This document shows, piece by piece, positions 36,316 to 50,143 of a stretch of DNA of 64,000 bases. Within the stretch, counting starts at the first letter, position 1, and every line of letters starts with the position of its first letter. Below the pieces are notes generated by a model that saw only the letters and a list, made by a program, of their open reading frames with translations, was not told where the DNA came from and made no database searches. The stretch comes from Octopus bimaculoides (lineage: Eukaryota): contig NC_068987.1 of NCBI RefSeq assembly GCF_001194135.2, positions 25,216,240 through 25,280,239 of the forward strand. The letters run 5' to 3'. The position numbers were made by a program, and so were the translations under genes.

Positions 36316-36659
36316 TCGAGACATTACTTTCTTTACCATCACCCCCACCGCTATCCGATCTTTCAACCTCGTCTCTGCCATCATCTCTGCCAAATCCTAC
36401 CTTCAGATCTTGCATTAAGCTCATTTTCAATTAGTCCTCCAATTGAAAACTAACATTTGCAGATTTCTATCTATCTATCCATGCTTCTCTTGAAAGCATC
36501 AACATCGAGCATTTAAACAGAACATTATCCACATCTATTTCAGCAATTTTGAAATTACTCTAAAATTCATGGACACCAATCCTCGTTCTTTGATTAATCC
36601 CCTGAAAATAAAACACTGTATTCTTAGTCGTTTCTTAGAACCAAATAATATTAAGGTGT

Positions 36660-37070
36660 ACTGTAAGATGGTGAGCTGGCAAAATCGTTAACACGCCGTG
36701 AAAAACGCTTAGCGGCATTTTGTCCATCTTTACCAGTTAAGCACTGAGGTCGATGCAATCGACATAACCCTTCTCCTGAAATTGCACGCCTTGAAACCAC
36801 TATTAAGGTGCACTGTACTTAGTTTTATGCAGATAAATATATACTGCAAAAATAGAAACATTTATTAATGGGCTTATTGTTGTTACCACTCGTATTATAT
36901 AATTATTTTGTTCGTCACTCTACCGACTTTATCAATCCACTATCTTACATAATGTATACTGCAGTATTTAGCTGTGTACTTTTACATTCAGATTTCAAAT
37001 CCCACCAAGGTCAACTTTGCCTTTCATCCTTCCGGAGTCAAAATAACTGAGGTCTTGTACCAATGCTAGA
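36660..37070 (+). mobile_element. Two SINE family A fragments (36660-36800; 36985-37070)
   Basis: gatggtgagctggcaaaatcgttaacacgcc...; ttcaaatcccaccaaggtcaactttgcctttcatcc. Confidence 0.75.
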
Positions 37071-37949
37071 AGATAGTATATCAACTTCATGTTTTTGACT
37101 GTTCCCCCTCTTTCTTCTCAATTACAAATATATATTCCCATTGTTGTATTGTCAGAAACCGCCAGAACACATTGTCAATGACGTACAATGCTACAGAGGA
37201 CAGGGACTGATTCTATAGAGGAAAGTAATTCTAGACGTGCCTGATTTCTAGGCCAAAACATTATTCTTATCTAGAAGAATTGCCAATAACATCTCACAGT
37301 GTCAAATGTACAGGAAGTGAATCTTCAACCTACTATCAGCTTGACCTATAATCATCTCTAATCTCTTTGTCTCTTTGCAAATCCTCAGACAATATATATG
37401 GGAGAGAGGGAGAGAGAGGGAGAGAGAGAGAGAGAGAGAGAGACATTTGAGGGAGACACTTGAAACAGAGTACACATTTGATTGTCTGATCCAGGGATTT
37501 ATCTCACTAGCTAAGCTTAACACTTAATCATTGCATTCATCCATTATGTCAGTGTCCACTAGGACTATTAGCTAATAGAAATTAGGGACTTTAAACCTAA
37601 CTCTTTTATGGTCGGAGGTTTAATATTGTTTCTCCTCGAATTAAAGCTTCTTACATTCTGTTCAGCAATATGCGTTTCAGTTGTTTTATTTTCCAGTGTT
37701 GTTCTAATCTCTTGACTTTATTTATATTATTTACATAATTTAAATAATGTACATAATTCCTCATCTCTTGAATATAGAACTCTCTTGACTTTGTCGTACA
37801 AGTATTGGTGACTTCATTTTGCTCTTCACAAGCAATTAGCTATTCTTGGTTTTTCTGTATCCCCTCGGATGACTGCTTTATAATATTCGCCTTATTTTAA
37901 GGGCTGGTTGTTTTCGCCTTTATATTTACTGTGACAACTTCGTGAGATG

Positions 37950-38365
37950 TAATACACACAGTTCTTAGTCTTTTTGATCTCTTCTAGTGAAAACTTTGTT
38001 CAAGGTAGATGCTTCCGAAAGAGTAGAGTTGATTTTGAAGACTGTATGAATGGGGGACAAACCACAGATCTAATATTTTCTTCTGATAGGAGAACAACTT
38101 ATAGGAATATGTCCCTGGTATGGGGAACAAAATGGAAACACTCTCGTGGATTAAATAAGGGATACAGTTCAAAATTTCAAGAACGTTTCTGATTATGATA
38201 GGAACCTGAAGAAGCCAGACGTAACAACGGTGGAAGCGTTTTAGCGTTAACAACCATGAAGACCATGGTCCGAATACATTTGTGTATAATAATGAGATAA
38301 GTCTGCCTCTATCTTTGTAATATACCCTGCTACTCTCTTTTCTAATGAATAAAAAATAGTGTAGC
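37950..38365 (+). mobile_element. Possible decayed 3' end of an L1/Tx1-clade LINE
   Basis: Frameshifted pieces RLYEWG, CPWYGEQNGNTL and QRWKRF resemble the L1-clade zinc-knuckle region; ends aataaaaaa. Confidence 0.35.
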
Positions 38366-38384
38366 CTAGTAGTAATACAGGTGT

Positions 38385-38884
38385 CATTGCCAATTCGAGG
38401 CACAACAAGGAAGTACTGTCAAGGAAGCTGGTTCGAGATGCACGCAGGGTAACGAAACCTTTCTGCACACACTTGTCCAGTGCCCGAACATTGCTGATTT
38501 GGAGGTGTGTCGAACACCTGCTGTCATATGTAGGGACGGATCCCGTTACCAGATGAGTCCGTTTTTAAGGTCGTGCTGCCACCTTCTTTTGACCGGGAAG
38601 GGCAGGTTGCTTCTATCCGCCTGGTGGCTTTGATAAAAGACGTTGTCGGATGGACGAGTGCGAAAGGGCTGAAGATAGATATGTTTCTCTTTGATCATAT
38701 AAAACGAAAAATGAGATTGGGCGTGAAATTATGTCTTCTATCAAAGTTTTTGATGCGTGAATAAGAGTTGAAAAGATGATCCGAGTGAACGGGTTTGCAT
38801 TGCGTATGCGCCTGTAGATTGGAAGACATCTTGGACAAAGCACTTGTCTTAGTGGTAAAGGCGACTGTAGTTCTTGCAGGTTTC
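38385..38884 (+). mobile_element. Tx1-like (L1 clade) LINE ORF2 C-terminus and 3' UTR, decayed
   Basis: (G)SRCTQGNETFLHTLVQCPNIADL (decayed CCHC zinc knuckle), then frameshift to WRCVEHLLSYVGRIPLPDESVFKVVLPPSFDREG...KRKMRL. Confidence 0.8.
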
Positions 38885-39000
38885 CCCATGAATTTGACTT
38901 TGCCTTTCATCCTTTAGGGGTCCATTAAATAAGTACTAGTTAAGTGCGTGGGTTCGATGTAATCGACTATTTCACACGCAAAAGAAAATTTCAGGCCCTG
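38885..39000 (+). mobile_element. SINE family A 3' fragment fused to LINE RT
   Basis: tttgactttgcctttcatcctttagggg...aaaatttcaggccctgtgcc runs directly into the RT sequence. Confidence 0.8.
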
Positions 39001-39655
39001 TGCCCACTCTCATCCCTTCTCTACGTACTGGCACTCGAGCCATTACTGCAGAAGCTAGAGGTTTCGTGGGGCATCTCGCGTGAAGTAGAATGCGGAAGGT
39101 TCGTGTCAGCGTATACGGACGACATCACTGTAATAGTTAGTGTCGGACATCTTGGAAATCGACATGGTCGGCACTACCCTAAGGAAAATTCGAAGCGGTG
39201 ACAGGAGCAATGATCAACTAGGAGAAGTCAGTGGGCCTGCAGCTCAGCACCTGGAGAGGTAGGGTCATGCCAACCGACAGCGTTATGGGATGCTGGACGG
39301 AAGGACCTGTTAAGTTGCTCAGCGTCTCGTTCAGTCCGGATCTCCAAGTGGACAAAAACTGGGGCGAGGTGATAGATAGGGTGGCTAGTCTCACCCAGAA
39401 ATGGGTCAAGAGAAAGATGTTCCTGAAAGGTCGGGCGGAGGTGGCGAATGCTTACATCACATCCGTCATATACTACCGCTTGACTGTCGTCCCTTCTCTC
39501 AGTTCGTGACTGAACGGGCTGGTACGTTTGCTCTTCCGCTTCCTGTGGAGGGGACAGGTACCGCTTGTCAGACGGTCCATTTGTTGTCAGCACCTGTTGC
39601 GTTGAGGACTGGAGACGTCGTGGCTGAGAATGCGCTGAGACTTTCGGGCCTGCAG
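38990..39655 (+). mobile_element. Tx1-like (L1 clade) reverse transcriptase fragment, frameshifted
   Basis: CPLSSLLYVLALEPLL (QGCPLSP motif), VSAYTDDIT (YADD motif), VKLLSV, KGRAEVANAYITSVIYYRLTVVP, LFRFLWRG. Confidence 0.9.
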
Positions 39656-39846
39656 TACGCCGGGCGAAATGCTTAGCGGTATTTCGTCTGCCGCTACATT
39701 CTGAGTTCAAATTCTGCCGAGGTCAACTTTGCCTTTTATCCTTTCGGGATAGATAAATTAAGTACCATTGAAACACTAGGGTCGATGTAATTGATTACTT
39801 CCCTCTCCACAAATTTCGGGCCTTGTGCCTTTAGTAGAAAGGATTA
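39655..39846 (+). mobile_element. SINE family A, 5'-truncated, little diverged
   Basis: tacgccgggcgaaatgcttagcggtatttcgtctgccgctacattctgagttcaaattc...gtagaaaggatt. Confidence 0.92.
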
Positions 39847-39948
39847 GTCTTGTTTACACGCAAAACCCTCATAGCACAACACACACAGATACATACACGC
39901 ACATTCTTTGTTTTGTCCTGTGCTGTCCATAATGGTTAATGAAGAAGC

Positions 39949-39991
<43 letters not shown>

Positions 39992-40474
39992 TCTAGTTTC
40001 ATGTCTACCGACACCAATTGCAGTGGTTGACATGTATGTTTTAACAGTATCTCAACTATTTAGACATATAGACATTTCAACACGTATACTATCAAATGAC
40101 GATATATTTATGCATCTGTAGTTAGGTGGGTAGGTAGGTAAGTAGTTAGGTGCTGTCTTTAGATGGATGCACCACCACCACCAACATCATCCTCATCCTC
40201 ATCATCATCCTCCTCCTCCTCCTCCTCCTCATCAAAAACAACAACAAAGATGACACTTCACAAGGCAGCAACAGGTTGTAGAGAGTGATAGTTGTTATTA
40301 CTATACATCTTCCAAGAATTTCTTGTGTTTATCGTTTAAAAATATTTTTGGCTCCCTAAATCTGTAATGTCGAAACAGAATATGTCAGACTGTATGATTG
40401 CGTGTGCGTGTGTACGCCTGACTGTATGTGTGTGTTCAGGAGTTTGAAGACGTGCATGTGAGAGCGTACACATG

Positions 40475-40530
<56 letters not shown>

Positions 40531-41061
40531 NNNNNNNNNNNNNNNNNNNNNNNNNNNNNNNNNNNNNNNNNNNNNNNNNNNNNNNNNNNNNNNNNNNNNN
40601 NNNNNNNNNNNNNNNNNNNNNNNNNNNNNNNNNNNNNNNNNNNNNNNNNNNNNNNNNNNNNNNNNNNNNNNNNNNNNNNNNNNNNNNNNNNNNNNNNNNN
40701 NNNNNNNNNNNNNNNNNNNNNNNNNNNNNNNNNNNNNNNNNNNNNNNNNNNNNNNNNNNNNNNNNNNNNNNNNNNNNNNNNNNNNNNNNNNNNNNNNNNN
40801 NNNNNNNNNNNNNNNNNNNNNNNNNNNNNNNNNNNNNNNNNNNNNNNNNNNNNNNNNNNNNNNNNNNNNNNNNNNNNNNNNNNNNNNNNNNNNNNNNNNN
40901 NNNNNNNNNNNNNNNNNNNNNNNNNNNNNNNNNNNNNNNNNNNNNNNNNNNNNNNNNNNNNNNNNNNNNNNNNNNNNNNNNNNNNNNNNNNNNNNNNNNN
41001 NNNNNNNNNNNNNNNNNNNNNNNNNNNNNNNNNNNNNNNNNNNNNNNNNNNNNNNNNNNNN
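40531..41061. other. Assembly gap flanked by (CA)n
   Basis: N run. Confidence 1.
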
Positions 41062-41100
<39 letters not shown>

Positions 41101-41394
41101 AGCTTTTTTCTTTCTAATATGTACATATATGTTTGCAGAGCTCGCCAAAGAGACACCATTTAAAAGGCTGCCGTTGTAGTAATATTTTTTGGCTTTAATA
41201 TAACAATATAAATATTCAACATTCCATTTCTTGCCACCTTCAAAAGACTGATATCACATTCTTTACTCCCACTTCTATCGTTGTATACAATCGGCCCCTT
41301 ATATCACCACTCACCTGTGTGTGTGTGTTTGTGCGTGTTTTAACTATTCAGTTATTTGCTTATCATTTTACCTTTATTTTCTTCTTTCAATTTA

Positions 41395-41625
41395 TGACGG
41401 TGTCTCAATCTTTTTAATTGTGTCTGTCAATGTACTACGACCATGCTGGGGGCACAGTCTTGAAGGGTTTAGTCAAGCAAGTTGACACCAGTACTTATTC
41501 TTTTAAAGTCTGTTACTTGTTCTGTCTGTCTCTATTGCCGAACCGCTAACGTTACGAGTACATAAACAAACCAACGGTATGTCGAGCAGTGGGGGTGGTA
41601 CAAACCCTAACACAAAGGTAGACAA
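41395..41625 (-). mobile_element. SINE family C 3' fragment
   Basis: gaccatgctgggggcac...cagtacttattc...gccgaaccgctaacgttacg. Confidence 0.78.
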
Positions 41626-41629
41626 TCAC

Positions 41630-41877
41630 GCGAACCCTGCTGTACTCTTTCACCACAACCTTCTCTCACTCTTACTTCCTGTTTCTGTTGTGCCTGTAAT
41701 TCAAAGGGTCAGCCTTGTCACACTATGTCACGCTGAATATCCCCGAGAACTACGTTAAGGGTACATGTGTCTGTGGAGTGCTCAGTCACGTGCACGTTAA
41801 TTTCACGAGCAGGCTGTTCCGTTGATCGGATCAACTGGAACCCTCGACCTCGTAAGCGACGGAGTGCTAACAACAAC
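41630..41877 (+). mobile_element. 5'-truncated H1-T1 SINE
   Basis: gcgaaccctgctgtactctttcacc...gacggagtgctaacaacaac, near-identical to 14170-14387. Confidence 0.92.
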
Positions 41878-42686
41878 TATTTGAGGCCAAGTCCTCTTAG
41901 AACAGCTTGAAATGGGATTGACAACAACCTGATTCTTGTGTTGTTTTACAACTTAATAATTTGATCTAACAATTCCAGCGATGAATACTTTTCTTTAAAC
42001 CGTATACTGATGATGTTATAAAGATTTTATTGTTTTATTGCGGAGGAGGTATTGTTGTTTAACAAATATTGCAAGAACAAACAAAATTTTTCTCAGAACA
42101 ATACAGGTTAAAGAGCAACAAAAACAAACAACAACAAAAACAGTAGGCTATTAAATCGGAAACAAAAGTAAAACGTGTGACTGTGGAATCTAGGTTTGTT
42201 GTTGTTGTTGTTTGGCTATAAAGGAATGGTAATTATGTTCCTATATCTTTGCAATGAGATATTAATAGACTAGTAAAAGAAATTGATGGAACCATTTATA
42301 TCATTCATTGGAATTTTATTTATTCTTTTATTTTTGTGCGCGCGCATTTGTGTGTGTGTGTGTGTGAACTCGGGTTTCAAATTCTTACATGAAAATAAGG
42401 TTTCGTATACCCATATCATACTCGGACGTCTGCACTTATCAATGGAATATATTCCTGAGACGCCTACACTTGTTAGTGGAACGCTAACCACCCTGCTTCT
42501 ATGCTCCACCTATTCACTTTAAACCCCCCTACACACGGCTCAGTGCGATTGTCTCTATGAGTTCATTTGTTTGAATATTTTACATGTGCTTCTTTGCTCT
42601 CTCTCTCTCCCCTCTCTCTCTCTCCCCTCTCTCGTTATGTGTTTGTCCTTCTTTCTCATACACATTTTCTTTTAATACAAGCATGT

Positions 42687-43068
42687 TGTTGGCACTCCGT
42701 CGCTTACGACGTCGAGGTTTCCAGTTGATTGAATCAACGGAACAGCCTGCTCGTGAAATTAACGTGCAAGTGGTTGAGCATTCCACAGACACGTGCACCC
42801 TTAACGTAGTTCTCGGGGATATTCAGCGTGACACAGTGTAACAAGGCTGACCCTTTGAATTACAGGTACAACAGAAACAGGAAGTAAGAGTGAGAGAAAG
42901 TTGTGGTGGAAGAGTACAGTAGGGTCCGCCACCATCCCCTACCGGAACCTCATGGAGCCTTAGGTGTTTTCGCTCAATAAACACTCACAACACCCGGTCT
43001 GTGAATCGAAACCGCGATCCTATGACCGCGAATCCGCTGCCCTAACCACTGGGCCATTGCGCCTCCAC
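42687..43068 (-). mobile_element. tRNA-derived SINE H1-T1, full length, 10-bp TSD
   Basis: TSD acaagcatgt at 42677-42686 and 43069-43078; closely matches 14000-14387. Confidence 0.95.
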
Positions 43069-43140
43069 ACAAGCATGTATCCAAGAGTATTGAAAAACGA
43101 AATTTATCAGTGTGCCATTAATTTTTTGATTCTTATAATA

Positions 43141-43385
43141 AAGGCGCGTGGCTTAGTGGTTAGAGCGTTGCGCACATGATCGTAAGATTGTGCTTTCGAT
43201 TCCTGGACCGGGCGATGCGTTGTGTTATTGAGCAAAAGACTTCATTTTACATTACTCCAGACCACTCAGCTGGCAAATATGAGCAATTCTGCGACGGGCC
43301 GGCCTCCCGTCCAATGGGGAAAATATATACCACAAAATCCGGGAAACAACTTTATGATCCTATGGCTGGGGAAGAACCTTTTATC
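43141..43385 (+). mobile_element. tRNA-derived SINE, head H2 + tail T2
   Basis: aaggcgcgtggcttagtggttagagcg...tttcgattcc...ctgcgacgggccggcctcccgtcc...ccgggaaac. Confidence 0.82.
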
Positions 43386-44405
43386 CGTTTTTTTTTTTTA
43401 ATATTTTCTTTTATCTGCTATAAAGAGATAAAGACAGCTCATAATCTTATCAAAACTACCCTCCTTCATCTATGAATGCTGAGATATTAGGGAAATAATT
43501 GGGGAAAATTAATGTGGTTAATTTTACTTTTAAATAATTATATAGCTCTATTGTTATACATAGAAGAGAAGCAAGAAAGGATTTTGGAAGACTGGCACAG
43601 AATTAGCGGTGTATGCAGTAGTAGAATTATGAGAGCGGGAAAAAGGAAAGAAAGCTGCACCATGTAGCTCTGAAAAGAAATGAATTATTGAGAAAGGATA
43701 TTATCACGTGAGTTAAAGAAAATGCATGCAGGAATCAGGCTTACTATATATCCTGAGTATCAGGGGATATTTTATTCGTTACATATATTTTACATATTCA
43801 ACACGTACGTGTACACGCAAACGTGGAAAGACGTTCGTTACAGAAATTGTTTCGTGAGAGAAATTCTCTTACATGCATATATGTGTGTGTATGTGTGTGC
43901 AATAAACTCACCACTGGGTAATGTAAAATCCACTAATGATATTATCGGACCGTAGGAAACGTGCATCTGTGTTGTTACGCTTCATCACACACACGTATAT
44001 ATAGTGTACGTACAATTCCATTATTGGTAGGATAAAAAAGTACTCCTTGTAGCGAGAGATAATTATAATCAAATAAGCACAGAATTTAAATGTGAGCTCC
44101 TATAAATTTTATGCAACGACAGTGTAATAATCAGCTATACAAGCTCATTCGATTACAATATAATGGGAATATAATATTTAGAGTAGCTCATATTTAAAGC
44201 CTGTATAACTCTTCGAAACGCCAGTGTTATAACGGTGGCAGCTGATGAAGGAAATGTTCTCTATGTGGCCTGTGTGTTTTCTGTACCCTGTTTATCATTT
44301 TGTCCATGCTTTTTTGCAACGTCATGTACCCAGATATGCATCTATATATACATGTAGATGAAGGTATTCACATACATGTACATATATATGCATATACTCA
44401 TATAT

Positions 44406-44407
<2 letters not shown>

Positions 44408-44487
<80 letters not shown>

Positions 44488-44510
44488 GTGTGTGTGTGTA
44501 ATGTGTGTGA
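44408..44510. repeat. (TG)n microsatellite
   Basis: Direct reading. Confidence 0.97.
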
Positions 44511-45009
44511 GACATAACAGGAGAGGCAGATTTCATTATATATTTTTTTCTATTTTTCTATTTTCTTTTATTCTTTTTCAAACATTGTTACTCTGCTACA
44601 AATATTCAAGGTCATTTGCATTGATTTGCGTTTTCCAATGAAGCAGGACTACCAAAGTCCCATTAAATGGTGTGTACTTAGCATCATTAGCTGTTTCCCT
44701 AATTTATTCATTTTTTTAGTTAATTAATCAATAATCTGCTGAATATTATAGAATTTTCTAAAACATAAAGAAAATTAAATGGCGTCCTACAGATGCCATT
44801 TCTCGGCAGACGGTTGACCACCGTTGGAACTTGTTGTTACGAGATAACTCATGTTATGTCAAACCAGCCTACAACATACAATTACTAGCTGGAATATTAC
44901 TGCCATTATCGTACGTTTTGGTAACTTTAGGTTTAATAATATTGTATATATATCGACGAAGAAGATTTATTATTTGTTGTGTTCACTTCACCTCGTATCT
45001 TCAATACAG

Positions 45010-45156
45010 CCAACATTCTCAACTACCTCACCTTGTACAAAAAAAGGACACATTAGATAATGTTTTCCTAGCTACTCTTAGAAAGACAGGATGATGTAAA
45101 CTGGAATGACCTAGATTCTAGATCTGCTCGATCAGGGCTGACCTGGGGCTAAGAAG

Positions 45157-45229
<73 letters not shown>
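45010..45229 (+). mobile_element. Family D repeat ending in a (CTA)n tail
   Basis: aaaaggacacattagataatg...ctgctcgatcagggctgacctggggctaagaag followed by (CTA)n; the tail suggests retroposon polarity. Confidence 0.75.
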
Positions 45230-45754
45230 AGACTTCGTTGTAAGATTTATCTTTCTTTCCAGACACCAGCACTAGTTCTGGTCTTACGTAAAGGAAACTG
45301 TTCACCTTTCCTCACCCGGGTCATTCTTTAAGCTTTTGCAACCAGCCACATTTGTTCCTTTTGTCGTTGTTGCAAACATCAAAGAAATTAAATGAGAGTA
45401 CCAGAAGTGCAATTTTAGAGAATGCGCCATTTGTTAGATGTATGGATACAAAAGGCAGATTCGGTCAATAAAGCTAGCAAGATTTCCGCATTTGTAACTA
45501 TTTGAATGGAACAAATGGCGTGTGACAATGAATTGAGAGATTTTTACTGAAAGTAAGAAACCCATTTATTCACGTAGTTTCTCATTTCGTACAAGTCTTT
45601 TGGAAAACATACGTTTACAGAAGTTTGAAGTATGTCTATTCTATTCTCAATAATGTATTCTTCAGCAAGAACTTCCATTAGACTTCGACAAAAATAAATA
45701 AGATAAAATGATTTTCACACTTTTTGCTGATTATCTTTCTCATATAAATGTATA

Positions 45755-45790
<36 letters not shown>

Positions 45791-46740
45791 TACATATACA
45801 CACACATATATGCATAGTATATCTGCATATATATGAGTGTGAACGCGCGCGCGCGCACACACACACACATACATATACACATATATTTAATGTTAGCTGA
45901 GGTCAGTTCTTGCAGATATTTTAAACATAGTGAACCGATAATGGCTTTTCCTAGATTCCATACATTATAATCTATTGTAATAGCTATTCGTGTGAGCAGG
46001 ATTCAACAACAACGTTGATATATTAAAAAAAAAAAATCTCGTATATTACCAGTTATTTGTAAACAAATCAAACGTTGTTGAGTGCTATAGCAAGATATAT
46101 TATAAAATCGATTGTGTGAGACCAAGAATTAGCGAGGGGAGAAAGACCCAAATAGAGCAGTTAGAGGAAGAGAAAGTGAGAGACAAAAACTATTCATGCA
46201 GAAACTGAAAAGGACAGATGCAGTTGTTGTCGAGTTTCATAAGTGTTACCTCATTTTATATACCAAAGTCAACTTTAATGGAATTATGTCACTAAAATTA
46301 TGTAACTACAAACTATCACTCATTTGATTCACATATAGTTTTTAAAAAATTTCATGTTGTTCGTTGAAAATAAAAGAATTGTTTCCCACCAGCCTATAAA
46401 ATATCTACTGCTATCACAGCGTGGCTTTAGTTGTGGTAACTAAAACAAAGTAAATACCATTCTAGTTTTATGTTATACACTGAAATAGAAAATTGGCGAT
46501 GCTTGATAAAGTTTAATCGTTTAGTTAAAAAAAATAATTGGTAATTTGTAGCGTATCCTTATAGCTGGACTAGTGTCTAGCTTCAGTTTGATACAGTCAT
46601 AGACAAACTGTAGCCCGCGGCACTTTGTGAACGGCACACCTTACGTTAAAATTGACTTGAATGCTTTTAGTAATGCAACATGCCTGATGATGAGTAATGT
46701 CTCAGGCACCCGCTTCTCAAGAAAGGTCACAATAAAATAT

Positions 46741-47146
46741 TGGTTTCAAATTTTGGCACAAGGCCAGCAATTTCATGTAGGGGTGGAGTAAGCCTATTAC
46801 ATCGGCCCCAATATTCAGCTGGTACTTATTTTATCAACCCCGAAAGGAAGAAAGGCAAAGTCGACCTCGGCGGGATTTGAACTCAGAACGTGAATACGGA
46901 CGAAATGCCGCTAAGCATTATGTCCGGCGTGCTAACGATTGTACCAGCTCGCCGCCCTAAGCCGTTGTAAATTACTGCCGCAGAGCCAGTAAGTTCGCGA
47001 GAGGGGGTAAGTCGACCTCAGTGCTCAACTGGTATTTATTTTATCGACCCAGAAAGGCTCGGCGGAATTTGAACACAGAGGGTAGACGGAAGAAAAACCA
47101 CTGAGCATTTTCTCCGGCATGCTACCGATTCTGCCAGCGCGCTGCC
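46741..47146 (-). mobile_element. Two tandem SINE family A copies (46741-46960; 46975-47146)
   Basis: Both end ccagc(t/g)cgc(c/t)gcc; the second has internal deletions. Confidence 0.87.
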
Positions 47147-47469
47147 ATGAGCTGCGATAAAATATTGAAATTAATTTGTTAATCCGTTTGTTACTTAGCT
47201 TGTGACCTAATTGTTACAAGTTACTATTTCACCAAGGCTAAATTGCGTTTGTCGTGTTCCAGTAGGATTTGAAACAGAGTATATAAGGTGCTTTTGTTAA
47301 GATCAAATATATATTATCAAAGAAACGGCTGTCTACGAGAGTGAGAGAAATTGTTCTCGGAATAAATCTAGAGCTTGATCCTTTTTTTTTTTTGTTGTCC
47401 CTGCAGATTTATAGTTGTGTCTGCTCAATCCTTTCTTATAGTTGTGTCTGGAGTGTCTGCAGACTAGTG

Positions 47470-47760
47470 CAAAAGCTTAACAATACTACAGAAATGTGGT
47501 TCCTTGGACGAACACTAAAGGTGTTCTGCATAAACAATGACAAATATTTAAGATTTAGACTTGCAGAAACCACTGGAAAACTTCTCAGTGACATAAGTAG
47601 GCAGCAGCCTAAGTTCATTCGTTCATTAGACATCATATGAGGAGACAAAATCATGAACACTTGGTGGAAACCAGTGATATTGGAAGGAAGAAGAAACCGA
47701 GGAAAATAGTGATATTCCATGGTTTTGCCAAATGATTGCAGAAAGACAGACCCTATCACA
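47470..47760 (+). mobile_element. RTE-clade LINE ORF 3' fragment, decayed
   Basis: TEMWFLGRTLKV...AETTGKLLSDISRQQPKF...ILEGRRNRGK resembles the RTE 'EMWF.RRML.I...KF.GH...GKIEG.R.RGR' region. Confidence 0.78.
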
Positions 47761-48014
47761 TAGTAAGATGTGTAGGAAGGAGGTGGGGGTGGGTAAAAGC
47801 TAATGATCACCGACGCCTGTAGGCATGGCACATGAAGAAAAGGATCTAAAACTGTATTTGAAAACAGTATGTTTTTCCCTGAGTACCTTCTTTTTGCTAT
47901 CAGTTGTTTCGTGTAAGTCACTCGTCACTGAGACTTGGCTGTCCTATATTAAGAGAAACAACTGATAATCATTTGTTTCTATTTTAGGCACAAGACCAGC
48001 TGTTTTGGGTCGGG

Positions 48015-48174
48015 NNNNNNNNNNNNNNNNNNNNNNNNNNNNNNNNNNNNNNNNNNNNNNNNNNNNNNNNNNNNNNNNNNNNNNNNNNNNNNNNNNNNNN
48101 NNNNNNNNNNNNNNNNNNNNNNNNNNNNNNNNNNNNNNNNNNNNNNNNNNNNNNNNNNNNNNNNNNNNNNNNNN
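48015..48174. other. Assembly gap
   Basis: N run. Confidence 1.
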
Positions 48175-48840
48175 AAAAAAAAAAAAAAAAATACCCATCT
48201 TTAAGCACTATTTTCTTCTAACGAACTCTCGCACCAAAACCTTCAGACTAAAAAACTAAAATAAAAACAAAAAAAGTTAGTGTTATCCCCTCTTCCTTTT
48301 CTTATAATTTATAGTTTATGAAATCTATCTTGGTGTCTTTTCAGTTATCCAGTTTATCGTTTGCTATAAGACAAAATAAAATGCAAAGTTAACTGCCGCA
48401 ACATTTAAATATAAAAAATATATATATCTCACAGCAAAAGCCAGTAAATAATCTAGCATGGCGCCATATCTGCGCTGAACCAACCATCCTTTATTGAATA
48501 TTATTAATATTAATGCAAATTTAATAATCAAGTGGGTAGTATCGTTTTTTTGTTTTTGACTATATTATCTTTCATGTCGTTATCGTCTCGTGTTCAAAAG
48601 ACTGAGTTGTTTGCTGTGGCCGACATCTCTACTGGACGGTGTTTTAATTCTTACTGATAGCACTAACATTTCAAGAATTTTCAGGTGATGACCAAAACGT
48701 GCATTTTAAATTATTATTATCATTATTATTACCACACCTTGAAACAGTCACTTGCAGACATCCATACGTAACACAGGTTGCTAGATATCTTTGCCAAACG
48801 CACATCAAAAGGATTTATGCATATATTAATAACATCATTA

Positions 48841-48877
<37 letters not shown>

Positions 48878-50143
48878 CGCTAATCTGTTAAAATGCAACG
48901 TGTGGAATGTTGGGAGGTGACCGAGTCTACGATAGCGGTATCAAATTCCTTGGCAAGTATCATAGAAGTATCATAGTTAAGAAGCAAGTGGGAGACGTGT
49001 ATGTTGCCATATGACTGTAAATGTTGAGTGTGTGTGTGTGTGTGTGTGTGTTCGCGCCTGTATGAGTGTGCGTGTTTAGTGCTGAATGGAAGACCAAAAA
49101 TGGCGAATGTCACAGGAAATGATCAGGGTTCATAAATATGGCGTCTTGTTATTTTCCTTTTCATGTTTCGGATATTAATTTCTAACATAGGTACAAGACC
49201 TCAAATTTAGCAAGCGTGATAACAGTCGATTAAGCCTACGCCAGTAAATTACTGGTACTTTTTTTATCGACCTTAGAATAATGAAATTCAAAGTTGATCC
49301 TCAGTAGAATACAGTGCATCTCTCAAAGAGAAATTAAATAACAATGTTTGAGATAGCTGAATTAATAATAAGGTTTCTTAGTCCTGAATTCTTGAAGTGC
49401 TCATGTTGTGGCTGCTACTTATTAGTCACTGGTCAGTCATCACAAAGCAGTCATATAGTCAAAAAATATTCCAACTATGACCATCCTGCCTTTCTATAAA
49501 TTGTGGACTACAATCTCAAATATATAATTTTTTTGTAAGATTTGGCGTGATTTCAGTGTGACTTGGTTGCTGTTTCTAGCAGACTGTAGACCTGCCTCCA
49601 TTTCATCCATATCGTAGCTATGATTTCAAGCATCTTACTCATAAAATACGCATCTCATATACACACACATTACACAATTCTCTCTCTCTCTCTCTCACAC
49701 ACATGTACGCTCGCCCCCCTCTCTCTCTCTCGCTCTCTTCCACACGCCTGTACTCCCACATACACAGCAAACAGATTAACACCACCAGTTCAGTTTAGTT
49801 AAAGTTACAAACCATTGACTTATTGACCCGGGATTAATAGTCCGCATAGCATTTTAAATTTCCTGTCTTTATATCTGCTACTTCGCCGTCGCCATCATCG
49901 CTGCTACTAATACAACCCGTCCACCCAAACTACTACTACTACTACATGCATCAGTCCGTCACTCGCAAGCGAGTATGACTTGGTTATAAGTACCATGCTT
50001 TCGCTAATTGTTTTTGGTGTCTGTATAGTCGCGAGCAGACATAGATGCCGTCTCAAGTCATCCCACACTTAGTGCAGCGGAACTAACAAGGATATGACAA
50101 CCGGAACAGGAGAGGGCGAAAGTTACCCCAGTACACAGCTGGT

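Noticed and set aside
37560-37930. Inverted L1 segment (twin priming) next to the Tx1 cluster
   Set aside because: The protein similarity is weak, and part of it (37741-37782) is the tail of the tRNA-hammerhead element.
44211-44260. Hammerhead (GAAAC and CTGATGA both present)
   Set aside because: I could not build a stem I and NUH site in any topology; no GAAA follows the putative stem II. It may still be a PLE remnant.
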